From an uncultured Acidobacteriota bacterium (GTDB lineage: Bacteria; Acidobacteriota; Vicinamibacteria; Vicinamibacterales; UBA2999): a stretch of 64,000 nucleotides of DNA. A program made the translations under genes and the position numbers. Of the stretch, positions 19,281 to 28,987 are shown in pieces. Every line of letters starts with the position of its first letter. Position 1 is the stretch's first letter. The DNA is taken from positions 274,468 through 338,467 of the forward strand of contig CAVWST010000026.1 in NCBI GenBank assembly GCA_963757735.1. Reading direction: 5' to 3'. Below the pieces are notes generated by a model. That model saw only the letters and a program-made list of their open reading frames with translations. It had not been told where the DNA came from and did not search any database.

Positions 19281-21284
19281 GTGAAGAGTTCCATGCTGAT
19301 CCCGGTCGCGGTCTTCACAGCCGCGATCGGCGTGTGGGCACAGGGATCATCTTCGGCCGCGCGGAATCAGATCGCTCCCGGCGACTGGCCCAATCTGAAT
19401 CGCGACCTCGCAGCCACGCGGTTCTCGCCGCTGACCGAGATCAGCGCGACCAACGTTGGCTCGCTGAAGCAGGCATGGACCTATCGACTCGGTGGTGGAG
19501 CGACGTCGGTACCGCTCGTCGTCGGCGGAGTGATGTACGCGTCGAGTGGGCCGCAGGTTGTTGCGCTCGATGCCGACAGCGGCAAAGATATCTGGTCATA
19601 CACAGTGCCTGCTGCGGCGGCCGCAACTCCCGCACCTGTGAGCGACGCGCAGGCGCCCGCGGCAGCGGCGCCACCTCCCGGGCTGACTCCATCGGCGGGT
19701 GGGCGTCGCGGTGGCGGCCCACCAGTGGCCGTCGCGTCGCAGCGCGGTGTCGGGTACTGGCCCGGTGACGGAACAACTTCCGCGCGTGTGATGTTCCTGG
19801 GCGGAACGCGCCTCTTCGCTGTCGATGCCGCAACAGGGAAACCGTCCGCCGGATTCGGCACCGACGGCATCGTCAACATCGGCGTTCCCTACAACGGCAC
19901 TCCCACTCTGTATCGCAACGTCGTCATCATCGGTGCCAACGTCAATGAGGTGCCGCAGGGGCCGGCTGGAAATCCGCGTGCGTTCGATGCGAGGACCGGC
20001 AAGAAGCTATGGGAGTTCCAAACCGTTCCCAAGCCTGGATTGAAATACAACGACACCTGGGGCGACGGGTGGAAGGAACGCTCGGGCACGAATATGTGGG
20101 GGTTCGCTGCACCCGTCGACGTGGAGCGCGGCATCGTGTATCTGCCCGTCGCCGGACCGGCGGCGAACTACTACGGCGGCGACCGACCTGGCAGGAACGA
20201 CTACGCGAACTCGGTGGTCGCGGTTGATGCACAGACAGGGAAGTACCTCTGGCACTTCCAGACGGTTCATCACGACATCTGGGACTCGGATATGCCCACG
20301 GCGGGCGGGCTCGTCGACGTCATGCAGAACGGCCGGCGAGTGCCAGCGATCGCGCATGTCGGCAAGACCAGCTATCTGTTCGTGCTGAATCGCACGAACG
20401 GGAAGCCAATCATTCCGGTGGAGGAGCGCCCGGTGCCAAAGGGTGACGTTCCAACCGAGTGGTACTCTCCGACGCAACCGTTCCCGGTGCGGCCAGGACC
20501 GCTCAGCCGCGTGAGCTTCAAGAAAGAAGAGATGGTGACCGCAGCGGACACGACGGCTGAACATGCAGCGGCGTGTCTGGCGATGTGGGACAAGGCGGGC
20601 GGCTTCTATAACGCGGGACCGTTCACGCCGTTCATGTTTCACAAGAAGGGCGACCCGCCGAAGTCCACGATCCAGTTTCCCGGCGGGACCGGTGGCGTCA
20701 ACTGGGGCGGGATGGCGGTCGATCCGAACTCGGGCTTCATGTTCGTGAACGCACAGAACACGTCGCTCGTCGGGTGGGTCGAAGAAAAAGATCCGAACGT
20801 CGATTACAGCTTCGATGCGCGCGGCTCGAAGCAACCCTACGATCGCGCGAGCGTGAATGGCGTGGGTCCGTTCTTCACCTTCAGCGCGCCGCTCAATGGG
20901 TACGACGCGAACGGCCGGCCTCGTCCGGGCCCGCAACTCCCGTGTCAGCGGCCGCCGTGGTCGAAGCTCGTCGCGGTGAACCTCAATACCGGCATGGTTG
21001 CGTGGGAATCGGTGCTCGGCGTCAACGATGCCCTTCCGGAAGGAAAGCGGCTCGTCGGGAACAGCGGCAGCGCAGGCCCCACGGTGACCGCGGGCGGGCT
21101 GGTATTCGTCGGTGCGACGAACGACCGGCGATTCCGTGCGTTCGACGCGAAGACCGGCAAAGAGATCTGGACGACGAACCTCGAGGCCAACGCGAATGCG
21201 AACCCGATGAGCTATCAGGGGAAGAGCGGGAAGCAATACGTGGCCGTTGTGGCCGGTAACACTTTGATGGTGTACTCGCTCTAA
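19281..21284 (+). CDS. Periplasmic PQQ-dependent dehydrogenase (Gcd-like), intact
   Basis: 667 aa. Signal peptide, then YANSVVAVDAQTGKYLWHFQTVHHDIWDSDMP and SPTQPFPVRP. The start lies 3 nt after the preceding stop; an alternative ATG is at 19293. Confidence 0.9.
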   Translation: MKSSMLIPVAVFTAAIGVWAQGSSSAARNQIAPGDWPNLNRDLAATRFSPLTEISATNVGSLKQAWTYRLGGGATSVPLVVGGVMYASSGPQVVALDADSGKDIWSYTVPAAAAATPAPVSDAQAPAAAAPPPGLTPSAGGRRGGGPPVAVASQRGVGYWPGDGTTSARVMFLGGTRLFAVDAATGKPSAGFGTDGIVNIGVPYNGTPTLYRNVVIIGANVNEVPQGPAGNPRAFDARTGKKLWEFQTVPKPGLKYNDTWGDGWKERSGTNMWGFAAPVDVERGIVYLPVAGPAANYYGGDRPGRNDYANSVVAVDAQTGKYLWHFQTVHHDIWDSDMPTAGGLVDVMQNGRRVPAIAHVGKTSYLFVLNRTNGKPIIPVEERPVPKGDVPTEWYSPTQPFPVRPGPLSRVSFKKEEMVTAADTTAEHAAACLAMWDKAGGFYNAGPFTPFMFHKKGDPPKSTIQFPGGTGGVNWGGMAVDPNSGFMFVNAQNTSLVGWVEEKDPNVDYSFDARGSKQPYDRASVNGVGPFFTFSAPLNGYDANGRPRPGPQLPCQRPPWSKLVAVNLNTGMVAWESVLGVNDALPEGKRLVGNSGSAGPTVTAGGLVFVGATNDRRFRAFDAKTGKEIWTTNLEANANANPMSYQGKSGKQYVAVVAGNTLMVYSL

Positions 21285-21322
21285 TAGTAGGCGGTATGCA
21301 GTAGGCGGCAGGCACAGACGAC

Positions 21323-22363
21323 ATGAAAAAGACCTTGATGGTGGTCACCGCGATTGCGGTGACGTCGGCCGTCCTTCTATCGGCGCAAAGCCCTCCGCCG
21401 ATCGCGAAGCGCGACCCGAACTACACCGTCCCGCGGACCCCATGGGGTGATCCTGATCTGCAAGGGAAGTGGCCCAGCACCGACATGGTGGGCACGCCGA
21501 TGCAGCGCGATGCGAAGCTCGGCACGCGGAATCTGTTGACCGAGGCTGAATACAAAGAGGTACAGGCGCGGTTTGCGCGCCAGGCGGCGCAGGACGAAGC
21601 CGACTTCGATTTGGAGCACTCGACTGTGACGCCTGGCGGCGACGTGGGTGGCCCGGTGTCTCCCCCGCCTCATTGGCTGGAACGTGGGAAGCCGCAGTAT
21701 CAGGCGTCGCTCATCGTCGATCCGCCGGATGGCCGGATGCCGGTGCTGACGCCGGCAGCGCAGCAGCGTCAGGCCGCGGCACGCGAAGCCCGTGAAGGGC
21801 GCGGGCCTGCCGATTCCTACAGCGATCGCAGTCTGTACGACCGTTGCATCTCGCGCGGTATCGCCGGATCGATCCTTCCGGTGATTTACAACAACGGGAA
21901 CGAGATCGTGCAGGCGCCGGGCGTCGTCGCGATCCGTAACGAGATGATCCACGAGACGCGCATCGTGCCGCTCGACGGCCGTCCGCATCCGAGCCCGCAC
22001 ATCAAGATGTGGATGGGTGACTCGCGCGGCCATTGGGACGGCGACACGCTCGTCGTCGAAACGAAGAACATCGGCAGCTTCGCGCCAGGCATCGGGGTCA
22101 ACGGCGGTGGCACGCGGCACAGCAGCGACATCACGATCACCGAGCGGTTCACTCGGACGAGCGCCGACGTGATCCTGTACGAGATGCACATCAACGATCC
22201 GAAGACATGGACGAGGCCGTGGACGTTGCAGTACCCGTTGAAGCGCGATGACAACTACGGCTACTTCGAGTACGCGTGTCACGAGGGCAACTACTCGTTG
22301 TTCAACATTCTGAGTGGCGCGCGGGCAGACGAAAAGGCCGCGGCTGATGCCGCGAATAAGTAG
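21323..22363 (+). CDS. Secreted protein, unassigned family, paralog P3
   Basis: Signal peptide, then TPWGDPDLQGKWPS, LYDRCISRG, VIYNNGNEIVQAPGVVAIRNEMIHETR, GDSRGHWDGDTLVVETKN and YACHEGNY. Confidence 0.85.
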   Translation: MKKTLMVVTAIAVTSAVLLSAQSPPPIAKRDPNYTVPRTPWGDPDLQGKWPSTDMVGTPMQRDAKLGTRNLLTEAEYKEVQARFARQAAQDEADFDLEHSTVTPGGDVGGPVSPPPHWLERGKPQYQASLIVDPPDGRMPVLTPAAQQRQAAAREAREGRGPADSYSDRSLYDRCISRGIAGSILPVIYNNGNEIVQAPGVVAIRNEMIHETRIVPLDGRPHPSPHIKMWMGDSRGHWDGDTLVVETKNIGSFAPGIGVNGGGTRHSSDITITERFTRTSADVILYEMHINDPKTWTRPWTLQYPLKRDDNYGYFEYACHEGNYSLFNILSGARADEKAAADAANK

Positions 22364-22398
22364 GCAATTTTTCTTTCGGATCACGCAACTCGCTGGCT

Positions 22399-24885
22399 GT
22401 GTCGTCCGTCATAGACGTCATCATGCGGCTCGATACGCTCGCTCAGGACGTTCGCTCGGCTGTCAGAAACCTGCGGCGCTCGCCCGGATTCGCCGCGCTG
22501 ACGATCCTCACGCTCTCGGTCGGCATCGGTGCGAACACGGCGATGTTCTCGGTGCTGAACGCGGTGATTCTGCGGCCGGCGGCATATCCACGCCCCGCCC
22601 AGCTCATGTTCGTGAGCAGTCGCTTTCCTTCGCTCGGATTCAATCAGTTCTGGGTCTCTCCACCGGAATACTTCGAGCTGACGGAGATCAATCGGACCTT
22701 TTCGTCCGTCGGCGCGTACGTGACGGGCGAGGCCAACGTGTCGACCACGGATCGTCCTCGACGCGTCAGCACTGGCATCGTCAACGCTGAGCTACTCGAG
22801 ACACTTGCCGTGCCGCCGCAAGCGGGACGATGGTTTCGACGTGATGAGACCCGCGCAAACGGTCCGCGGCTCGTCATGCTGTCCAGCGAGTTGTGGCGTT
22901 CCGCATTCGCATCGCGCTCCGACATCGTTGGAAAGACGATCGAGGTTGATGGTGTTCAGAACGAAGTCGTCGGCATCATGCCGCCCGGCTTCGACGTCAT
23001 AGACAACCACGTCGAGATGTGGCTGCCGTTGCAGCTCAATCCTTCGAATCGCCGCAACCGGGGAAATCATTTCCTGAATCTGATTGGGCGAGTGAAGGAC
23101 GGCATCCCGCCAGCGCAGGCGCAGGCCGAGCTTGCGGCGCTCGTGGCGAGCTGGGGTGAGAGGACTGGCGCGAAGGATCACGTTTTCACACCTGACGGCC
23201 ACGCGCTCCAGATGGAGCCGATGCAAGAAGAGATCGTCGGCTCGGCGCGCCTCGCGATCTGGGTGCTGCAGGCAGCCGTTGGCTTCGTGCTCCTGATCGC
23301 GTGCGCGAACTTTGCGAATCTCCTGCTGGCGCGCGCGGAGACACGACATCGCGAGTTCGCTATCCGTACCGCGATCGGCGCCAGTCGCTGGCGGTTGTTG
23401 ATGCAATTCGTCTCGGAAGGGTGCGTGCTCGCGCTCGGCGGCGGAGCAGTGGGAGTGTTGCTGGCGTGGGCGGGTGTCCGCGCGCTCGTGGCTGCGTATC
23501 CGGACAGTCTGCCGCGCGCCGGAGAGATCGCGGTCGATCCATCCGTGCTGCTGTTCACGTTCGTCGTGTCGCTCGGCACGGGAGTGGTCTTCGGCCTTGC
23601 GCCGGTGCTGCACCTCACCCCGGGCGGCTTGCACGCCTCTCTCAAAGAGGGCGGCGTCCGAGGATCGACGAGTGCGCGCCACGGCGTGCGTCGTGCGCTG
23701 GTCGTTGCCGAAGTCGCGCTGGCGGTCGTCCTGGTCGTGGGGGCGGGTCTGATGCTGCGGACCGTCATGAACTTACTGAACGTCGATCCCGGCTTCGACC
23801 GATCCCGCCTCGTGACGTTCGCGCTGGACCTGCCTCTTGCTCGCTACGCGAAGTTCGAGAACCAGCTGCAGTTCTATCAGCGACTCTTTGGCCGCCTCGA
23901 AGGCATTCCTGGCGTGCTGCGCGTATCCGGCATGACCGGCCTGCCGCCCAATCGGCAGGTGGATGCCAACGACACCGACATCGGCAACTACACGGCGCCC
24001 AAGCAGGGACCGTTCGAGAACGTGGACTACTACCAGCGCGTGACGCAGGGCTACTTCGAGACGATGGGCATCCCCATCGTCGAGGGCCGAGGCTTCGAGC
24101 CGGGTGACGCGATTGGCGCGCCAGTCGCGATCGTGAACGAGACGCTCGTTCGAACATTCTGGAAGGATCGCAATCCGATCGGTCAGCAGGTTCGACAGTG
24201 CTGCGGCGATCAGATCCCCTGGCTCACGGTGGTCGGCGTAGCGAAGGACGTCAAACAGGGAGGCGTCGATCAGAAAACCGGGACCGAACTCTACTTTCTG
24301 CTCGATCAGTTCCCCCGGCTCTATCCCGACGTGCAGGTAGGCGGAGGCGCACTAAACATTACTCTGCGCAGCACCGTTCCGCTCTCGACACTCGGGACCG
24401 CGATTGAAGGCATCGTGCGGGAAGTCGATCCTTCGCTGCCGGTCATCAAGTTGCGCGAAATGGATGCGGTGTTCCGTGAGTCGCTCAGTCGTCCGCGACT
24501 GCTGGCCCAGCTCCTTGGAGGTTTTGCGGGGCTGGCGCTGTTTCTCGCGTCGATCGGAACGTATGGCCTTCTGTCGTACCTGGTGACGGAGCGTCGCCGT
24601 GAGATCGGTATCCGCATGGCGCTTGGCGCCGAGCGTGCCGCGGTGTTGCGCCACATCATGGGGCAGGGTCTCCGGCTCGCGCTTTTCGGCCTGGCGGCTG
24701 GTCTGGCTGGCGCGTTCGCGCTGACACGGCTGATGGCGACGTTACTCTTCGAGGTCGAGCCGAACGATCCCGCAACGCTCGTTGCGGTGGCCGCCGCCAT
24801 CACCGGCGTTGCGGCGCTCGCGTGCTTCATCCCGGCGCAACGCGCGACTCGCGTCGATCCGGTCGTCGTACTGCGCGACGAATAG
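22399..24885 (+). CDS. ADOP-type duplicated FtsX/MacB-like ABC transporter permease
   Basis: 828 aa with N-terminus LAQDVRSAVRNLRRSPGFAALTILTLSVGIGANTAMFSV and two FtsX-like 4-TM modules, each preceded by a large periplasmic domain. An alternative ATG start is at 22423. Confidence 0.85.
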   Translation: MSSVIDVIMRLDTLAQDVRSAVRNLRRSPGFAALTILTLSVGIGANTAMFSVLNAVILRPAAYPRPAQLMFVSSRFPSLGFNQFWVSPPEYFELTEINRTFSSVGAYVTGEANVSTTDRPRRVSTGIVNAELLETLAVPPQAGRWFRRDETRANGPRLVMLSSELWRSAFASRSDIVGKTIEVDGVQNEVVGIMPPGFDVIDNHVEMWLPLQLNPSNRRNRGNHFLNLIGRVKDGIPPAQAQAELAALVASWGERTGAKDHVFTPDGHALQMEPMQEEIVGSARLAIWVLQAAVGFVLLIACANFANLLLARAETRHREFAIRTAIGASRWRLLMQFVSEGCVLALGGGAVGVLLAWAGVRALVAAYPDSLPRAGEIAVDPSVLLFTFVVSLGTGVVFGLAPVLHLTPGGLHASLKEGGVRGSTSARHGVRRALVVAEVALAVVLVVGAGLMLRTVMNLLNVDPGFDRSRLVTFALDLPLARYAKFENQLQFYQRLFGRLEGIPGVLRVSGMTGLPPNRQVDANDTDIGNYTAPKQGPFENVDYYQRVTQGYFETMGIPIVEGRGFEPGDAIGAPVAIVNETLVRTFWKDRNPIGQQVRQCCGDQIPWLTVVGVAKDVKQGGVDQKTGTELYFLLDQFPRLYPDVQVGGGALNITLRSTVPLSTLGTAIEGIVREVDPSLPVIKLREMDAVFRESLSRPRLLAQLLGGFAGLALFLASIGTYGLLSYLVTERRREIGIRMALGAERAAVLRHIMGQGLRLALFGLAAGLAGAFALTRLMATLLFEVEPNDPATLVAVAAAITGVAALACFIPAQRATRVDPVVVLRDE

Positions 24886-24894
24886 AGTCGGGTT

Positions 24895-27603
24895 TCAGAC
24901 CAGCTCTCCGAACCAGCCTCGTCGCGCCGCCCACTTCAGGCCCTCCAACACGGGCACGACGGTGAAGGCCAGGATCGTAGTCAGCATCCAGTCTGCGCCG
25001 GACAGACTGAACGTACCGAACGCCCGTTGAAAGAACGGCACGTAGATGATGACAATAAGCAGGAGCATCTCCCACGAGATCGCGATGTTGAGCCAACGGT
25101 TGGCAAACGGCGCGCGGAAGATGGACAAGCGATCGGAGCGGCAGTTGTAAGCGTTGAAGAACTGAATCAGCACCAGCGACACGAAAGTCATCGACATGAC
25201 TTCGGCCAGCGGGCGCCCTGCCCGAAGCAGCCACACGAACAGCGTGGCGTTCACGATGGCGGACCACAATCCCGCTGCGATCAGCATGATGACGACTGGC
25301 CGTGTGAAGATGCCGATACGCGCGTCCCTCGGCCGCCGCCGCATCAGGTCCTGCTCCGGCGGATCGACGGCAAGCGCGAGCGCTGGCAAGCCGTCGGTCG
25401 CCAGGTTGACGTAGAGGATCTGCACCGCGGTCAACGGCATCGGGAAACCCGCGATGACGCTTCCTGCGAGCAGCACGATTTCACCGACGTTGCACGAGAG
25501 CAGGTACGTCAGATACTTCTTGATATTGCCGAAGACGATGCGCCCTTCCTCGACGGCCGAGACGATGGTCGCGAAGTTGTCGTCGAGGAGGGTCATCCCC
25601 GCCGCTTCTTTGCTGACATCCGTGCCAGCGATGCCCATGGCGATCCCGACGTCCGCTTTCTTGAGCGCCGGCGCGTCGTTGATGCCGTCGCCGGTCATGG
25701 CGACGACGTCGCCCCGGCTCTGCCACGCGGTGACAACACGGAGCTTGTCGGCCGGTGAAACGCGCGCGTACACGCCGATGTCGCCGACGTCGCGCTGGAG
25801 ATCGGCATCGCTCATCGCGTCGAGGTCGCGTCCGGTGACGACGCGCTGCTGGTGCAGCACGCCGACCTCTCGGGCGACCGCGCTCGCGGTCAACGGATGA
25901 TCGCCCGTGATCATGATCGCGTGGATGCCGGCATCGGCACAGACACGGACGGCGGCGGCGGCTTCGGCACGTGGCGGATCCATCATCCCGACGAGGCCGA
26001 GCAGCGTCATATGCTCTTCCGCGCCGTCGAGCGACGGGCTGGCCTTACGCGCAACCGCCAGGACACGAAGGCCTTCGCTTGCCATCCGCCGTTCGACGCC
26101 GAGCACCCGCTCGCGACATTCGTCGGTCAGCGGCACCTCGCGGTCGTCGCTGAGGAGGCTGGTGCAACTCGGCACGACGTTGTCGGCCGCTCCTTTCGAG
26201 TAAGCGATCGAGCCGGCCTCTGTCGTGTGCAGCGTCGTCATCCTGCGACGCTCGGAGGTGAAGGGGATTTCGGCGACGCGTGGTTCTTCTGCGGTCAGGC
26301 CGTCCGGTGTCAATCCCACCTTGATGGCCGCGACTACCAGAGCGCCCTCAGTGGGATCGCCCTCGATGTGATGGCGGCCGTCGCGTGCGATGACGCGCGC
26401 ATCCGAGGCGAGTGTCGCCGCGCGTAGCAGGGCTCGTACAGCCGATGGCGGGTTGATCGCACGGCCTTCCTCGAGTATGGCGCCTGTGGGATCGTACCCG
26501 GTGCCCGACAGATCGAGGACGCGGTCGTCGGCGAACACACGCCGGACCGTCATTTCGTTCTTGGTCAGCGTCCCGGTCTTGTCGGAGCAGATCACCGACG
26601 TGCTGCCCAGCGTCTCGACGATTGGCAGGCGGCGGACGAGGGCGTTGCGCTTGACCATCCGCCGTACGCCGATGGCGAGCGAGATCGTCACAACGGCGGG
26701 CAGCGCCTCCGGCACGACGGCGACAGCCAGTGCGATACCGAACATGAACATCTCGAGCGCCGGCAGGCCGCGAGCGAGGCCGATCACAACGACGAGTGCG
26801 ACCACGATGAGGGCGGCCTTTGCCAGTGTCCCACCAAGGCGGTCGAGGTTCTCCTGGAGGGGTGTTCGGCCGGCTTCCACCGTCTCCACCATTCGTGCGA
26901 TACGGCCGAACTCGGTGGACATGCCGGTGGCGACCACGACCGCGTGGCCGCGGCCGTGGACGACGAGCGTCCCCGCGTACGTCATGTTCTTGCGGTCGCC
27001 GAGCGCCAGACCCGGGTCGTCGAACGCGGTCGCGGTCTTGTTGGCAGCGGCGGATTCCCCGGTCAGCGCCGCCTCGTCAACTGCCAGATTGACGGCGTCG
27101 ATGACGCGTGTATCAGCGGGGACACGGTCGCCTGCGCGCAGCATCACGACGTCTCCCGGCACGAGATCGCGCGCGGGAATGGCCGATTCTTCGCCGTCGC
27201 GCAGCACGTGCGCAGACGGGGCGGCCATTCTTCGCAGCGCTTCCAGCGCCTTGCCTGCGCGGTGTTCCTGGATGAAGCCGAGGAGCACCGCGAACAGCAC
27301 GATGACGGTGATGACGACCGCCTCGAGCGTGTGGCCGAGGAAACCGGAGACGACCGTGGCGCTGAGGAGAATCACGATCAGCGCGTTCTGGAATTGCGCG
27401 AAGAAGGTATGCCACGCGGAATGCGTGCGCAGCGTTTGCAGTTCGTTCGCGCCGTGCACAGCGAGACGCTCGACCGCGGCGGCGGCGGTCAGCCCGGTGG
27501 GATGCGTCGCGAGCCGCGCAAGTACAGAATCGGCCGACAGCGTATGCCAGGCGGGAGCGGCGTCCAATGTCTGCTCGATCGTTCTTTGCTCCGTCACACG
27601 CAT
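24895..27603 (-). CDS. P-type cation-transporting ATPase (P2, Ca2+/Mg2+-type)
   Basis: 902 aa with ALTGES, ICSDKTGTLT and MTGDGINDAPALKKADVGIAMG, plus 10 predicted TM segments. Confidence 0.9.
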   Translation of the reverse strand: MRVTEQRTIEQTLDAAPAWHTLSADSVLARLATHPTGLTAAAAVERLAVHGANELQTLRTHSAWHTFFAQFQNALIVILLSATVVSGFLGHTLEAVVITVIVLFAVLLGFIQEHRAGKALEALRRMAAPSAHVLRDGEESAIPARDLVPGDVVMLRAGDRVPADTRVIDAVNLAVDEAALTGESAAANKTATAFDDPGLALGDRKNMTYAGTLVVHGRGHAVVVATGMSTEFGRIARMVETVEAGRTPLQENLDRLGGTLAKAALIVVALVVVIGLARGLPALEMFMFGIALAVAVVPEALPAVVTISLAIGVRRMVKRNALVRRLPIVETLGSTSVICSDKTGTLTKNEMTVRRVFADDRVLDLSGTGYDPTGAILEEGRAINPPSAVRALLRAATLASDARVIARDGRHHIEGDPTEGALVVAAIKVGLTPDGLTAEEPRVAEIPFTSERRRMTTLHTTEAGSIAYSKGAADNVVPSCTSLLSDDREVPLTDECRERVLGVERRMASEGLRVLAVARKASPSLDGAEEHMTLLGLVGMMDPPRAEAAAAVRVCADAGIHAIMITGDHPLTASAVAREVGVLHQQRVVTGRDLDAMSDADLQRDVGDIGVYARVSPADKLRVVTAWQSRGDVVAMTGDGINDAPALKKADVGIAMGIAGTDVSKEAAGMTLLDDNFATIVSAVEEGRIVFGNIKKYLTYLLSCNVGEIVLLAGSVIAGFPMPLTAVQILYVNLATDGLPALALAVDPPEQDLMRRRPRDARIGIFTRPVVIMLIAAGLWSAIVNATLFVWLLRAGRPLAEVMSMTFVSLVLIQFFNAYNCRSDRLSIFRAPFANRWLNIAISWEMLLLIVIIYVPFFQRAFGTFSLSGADWMLTTILAFTVVPVLEGLKWAARRGWFGELV

Positions 27604-27842
27604 CCGCCGAGGGCGCCGAGAGCCAGGTGAAGACGATGGGAGCGGGGAATGGCTCGCAGCGCGTTCAGCACGACGCGCCAGATGCCGAGACGCCGTGAAT
27701 CAGCAGTCATTCGATGACCGGATCCGTGGCGCGCGACATGATGAATGCGGGCGCGCTCGGCCGCGGCCCACGTCAGGGCCGTGAGCACGAGGCCGGCGAC
27801 GAGAACCTGCACTGCGTACTCGACCACGATCCATGCGCCCAT
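27594..27842 (-). CDS. Small hypothetical membrane protein, stop overlaps the ATPase start
   Basis: The ORF starts at internal ATG 27842 (MGAWIVVEYAVQVLVAGLVLTALTW...). GC3 is high by eye, and there is a 10-nt overlap with the ATPase ATG. Confidence 0.35.
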   Translation of the reverse strand: MGAWIVVEYAVQVLVAGLVLTALTWAAAERARIHHVARHGSGHRMTADSRRLGIWRVVLNALRAIPRSHRLHLALGALGGCV

Positions 27843-27957
27843 GCCTGCCCTCCGCGGCACCCCGCAGCCTCTCGACGATAGTAGACATGAGTCGCATTGA
27901 CTAATAGATAGTTCGTAACGACGAGTTCGGTTTTTGTTATGTTTGTCGGCGGACCCG

Positions 27958-28896
27958 ATGACCACGCTCAACTACCATCACCTGCTGTACTTCTGGACCG
28001 TCGTGCGCGAGGGGCGGATCTCACGGGCGGCGGAGAAGCTCCGCGTATCGCAGCCGACCATCAGCGCGCAGCTCAAGCTGCTGGAGGAGTCGCTCGGCGA
28101 GCGGCTGTTCCAGCGTCAAGGGCGGACGCTCGTGCTGACGGAGGTCGGCCGTGTCGTGGACCGCTATGCGTCCGAGATCTTCACGGCCGGCGGCGAGCTG
28201 CTCGAAACGCTCAAGGGCCGCCCTTCGGGTCGGGCCCCCAGGCTTGCCGTCGGTGTGGCCAACGCAGTGCCCAAGCTGGTGGTCTATCGTCTGTTGAGCC
28301 CGGCTATCGACAGCCCTGAGCCGGTGCAGATCAGCTGCCACGAGGACGATACCGATCAACTTCTGGCCAAGCTGGCGACGCACGCGCTCGACGTGGTCAT
28401 CAGCGACACGCCTGCGGCCCCGCATGTCCGTGTCAAAGTGTTCAACCACTTGCTCGGGGAATCGGGGACCTCGTTCTTCGCCGGGCGGCCGCTGGCGCAG
28501 CGCTTGAGGCGGCGGTTTCCGGCGTCGCTCACCGGCGCGCGCATGCTGCTGCCGACGATCAATACGTCGCTGCGACGCGGGCTCGAGCAGTGGTTCGAGT
28601 CCGAAGGCCTGCGCCCGCTCGTCGCCGGGGAGTTCGAGGACCCGGCTCTGCTCACGACGTTCGGCGAGCGGATTCGCGTGGTGTTTCCCGCCCCGACGGC
28701 GATCGAGGCGGAAATACTCCGGAGTCACCGTGTCGTTGTCGTCGGGCGCACGTCAGCCGTTCGGGAGCGGTACTACGCGATCTCCGTGGAGCGCCGATTG
28801 AAGCACGCCGCCGTAGCGGCGATCACAAGCGCCGCCCGCACCGAGATCTTCGCTGAGCGCCGGCGATCGGCGCGCAAGCACACGAGCTCCGACTGA
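27958..28896 (+). CDS. LysR-family transcriptional regulator (NhaR-like)
   Basis: MTTLNYHHLLYFWTVVREGRISRAAEKLRVSQPTISAQLKLLEESLGERLF (wHTH), followed by a LysR substrate-binding domain. Confidence 0.85.
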   Translation: MTTLNYHHLLYFWTVVREGRISRAAEKLRVSQPTISAQLKLLEESLGERLFQRQGRTLVLTEVGRVVDRYASEIFTAGGELLETLKGRPSGRAPRLAVGVANAVPKLVVYRLLSPAIDSPEPVQISCHEDDTDQLLAKLATHALDVVISDTPAAPHVRVKVFNHLLGESGTSFFAGRPLAQRLRRRFPASLTGARMLLPTINTSLRRGLEQWFESEGLRPLVAGEFEDPALLTTFGERIRVVFPAPTAIEAEILRSHRVVVVGRTSAVRERYYAISVERRLKHAAVAAITSAARTEIFAERRRSARKHTSSD

Positions 28897-28987
28897 CACC
28901 GTTCGTTGCGTCGCCCGTAGCCTTTTGCCACAATCATCATCTCGCCGCAGCCGCGTCGGCTGCATCCATTCTTCGCGGGAGGCCGGC

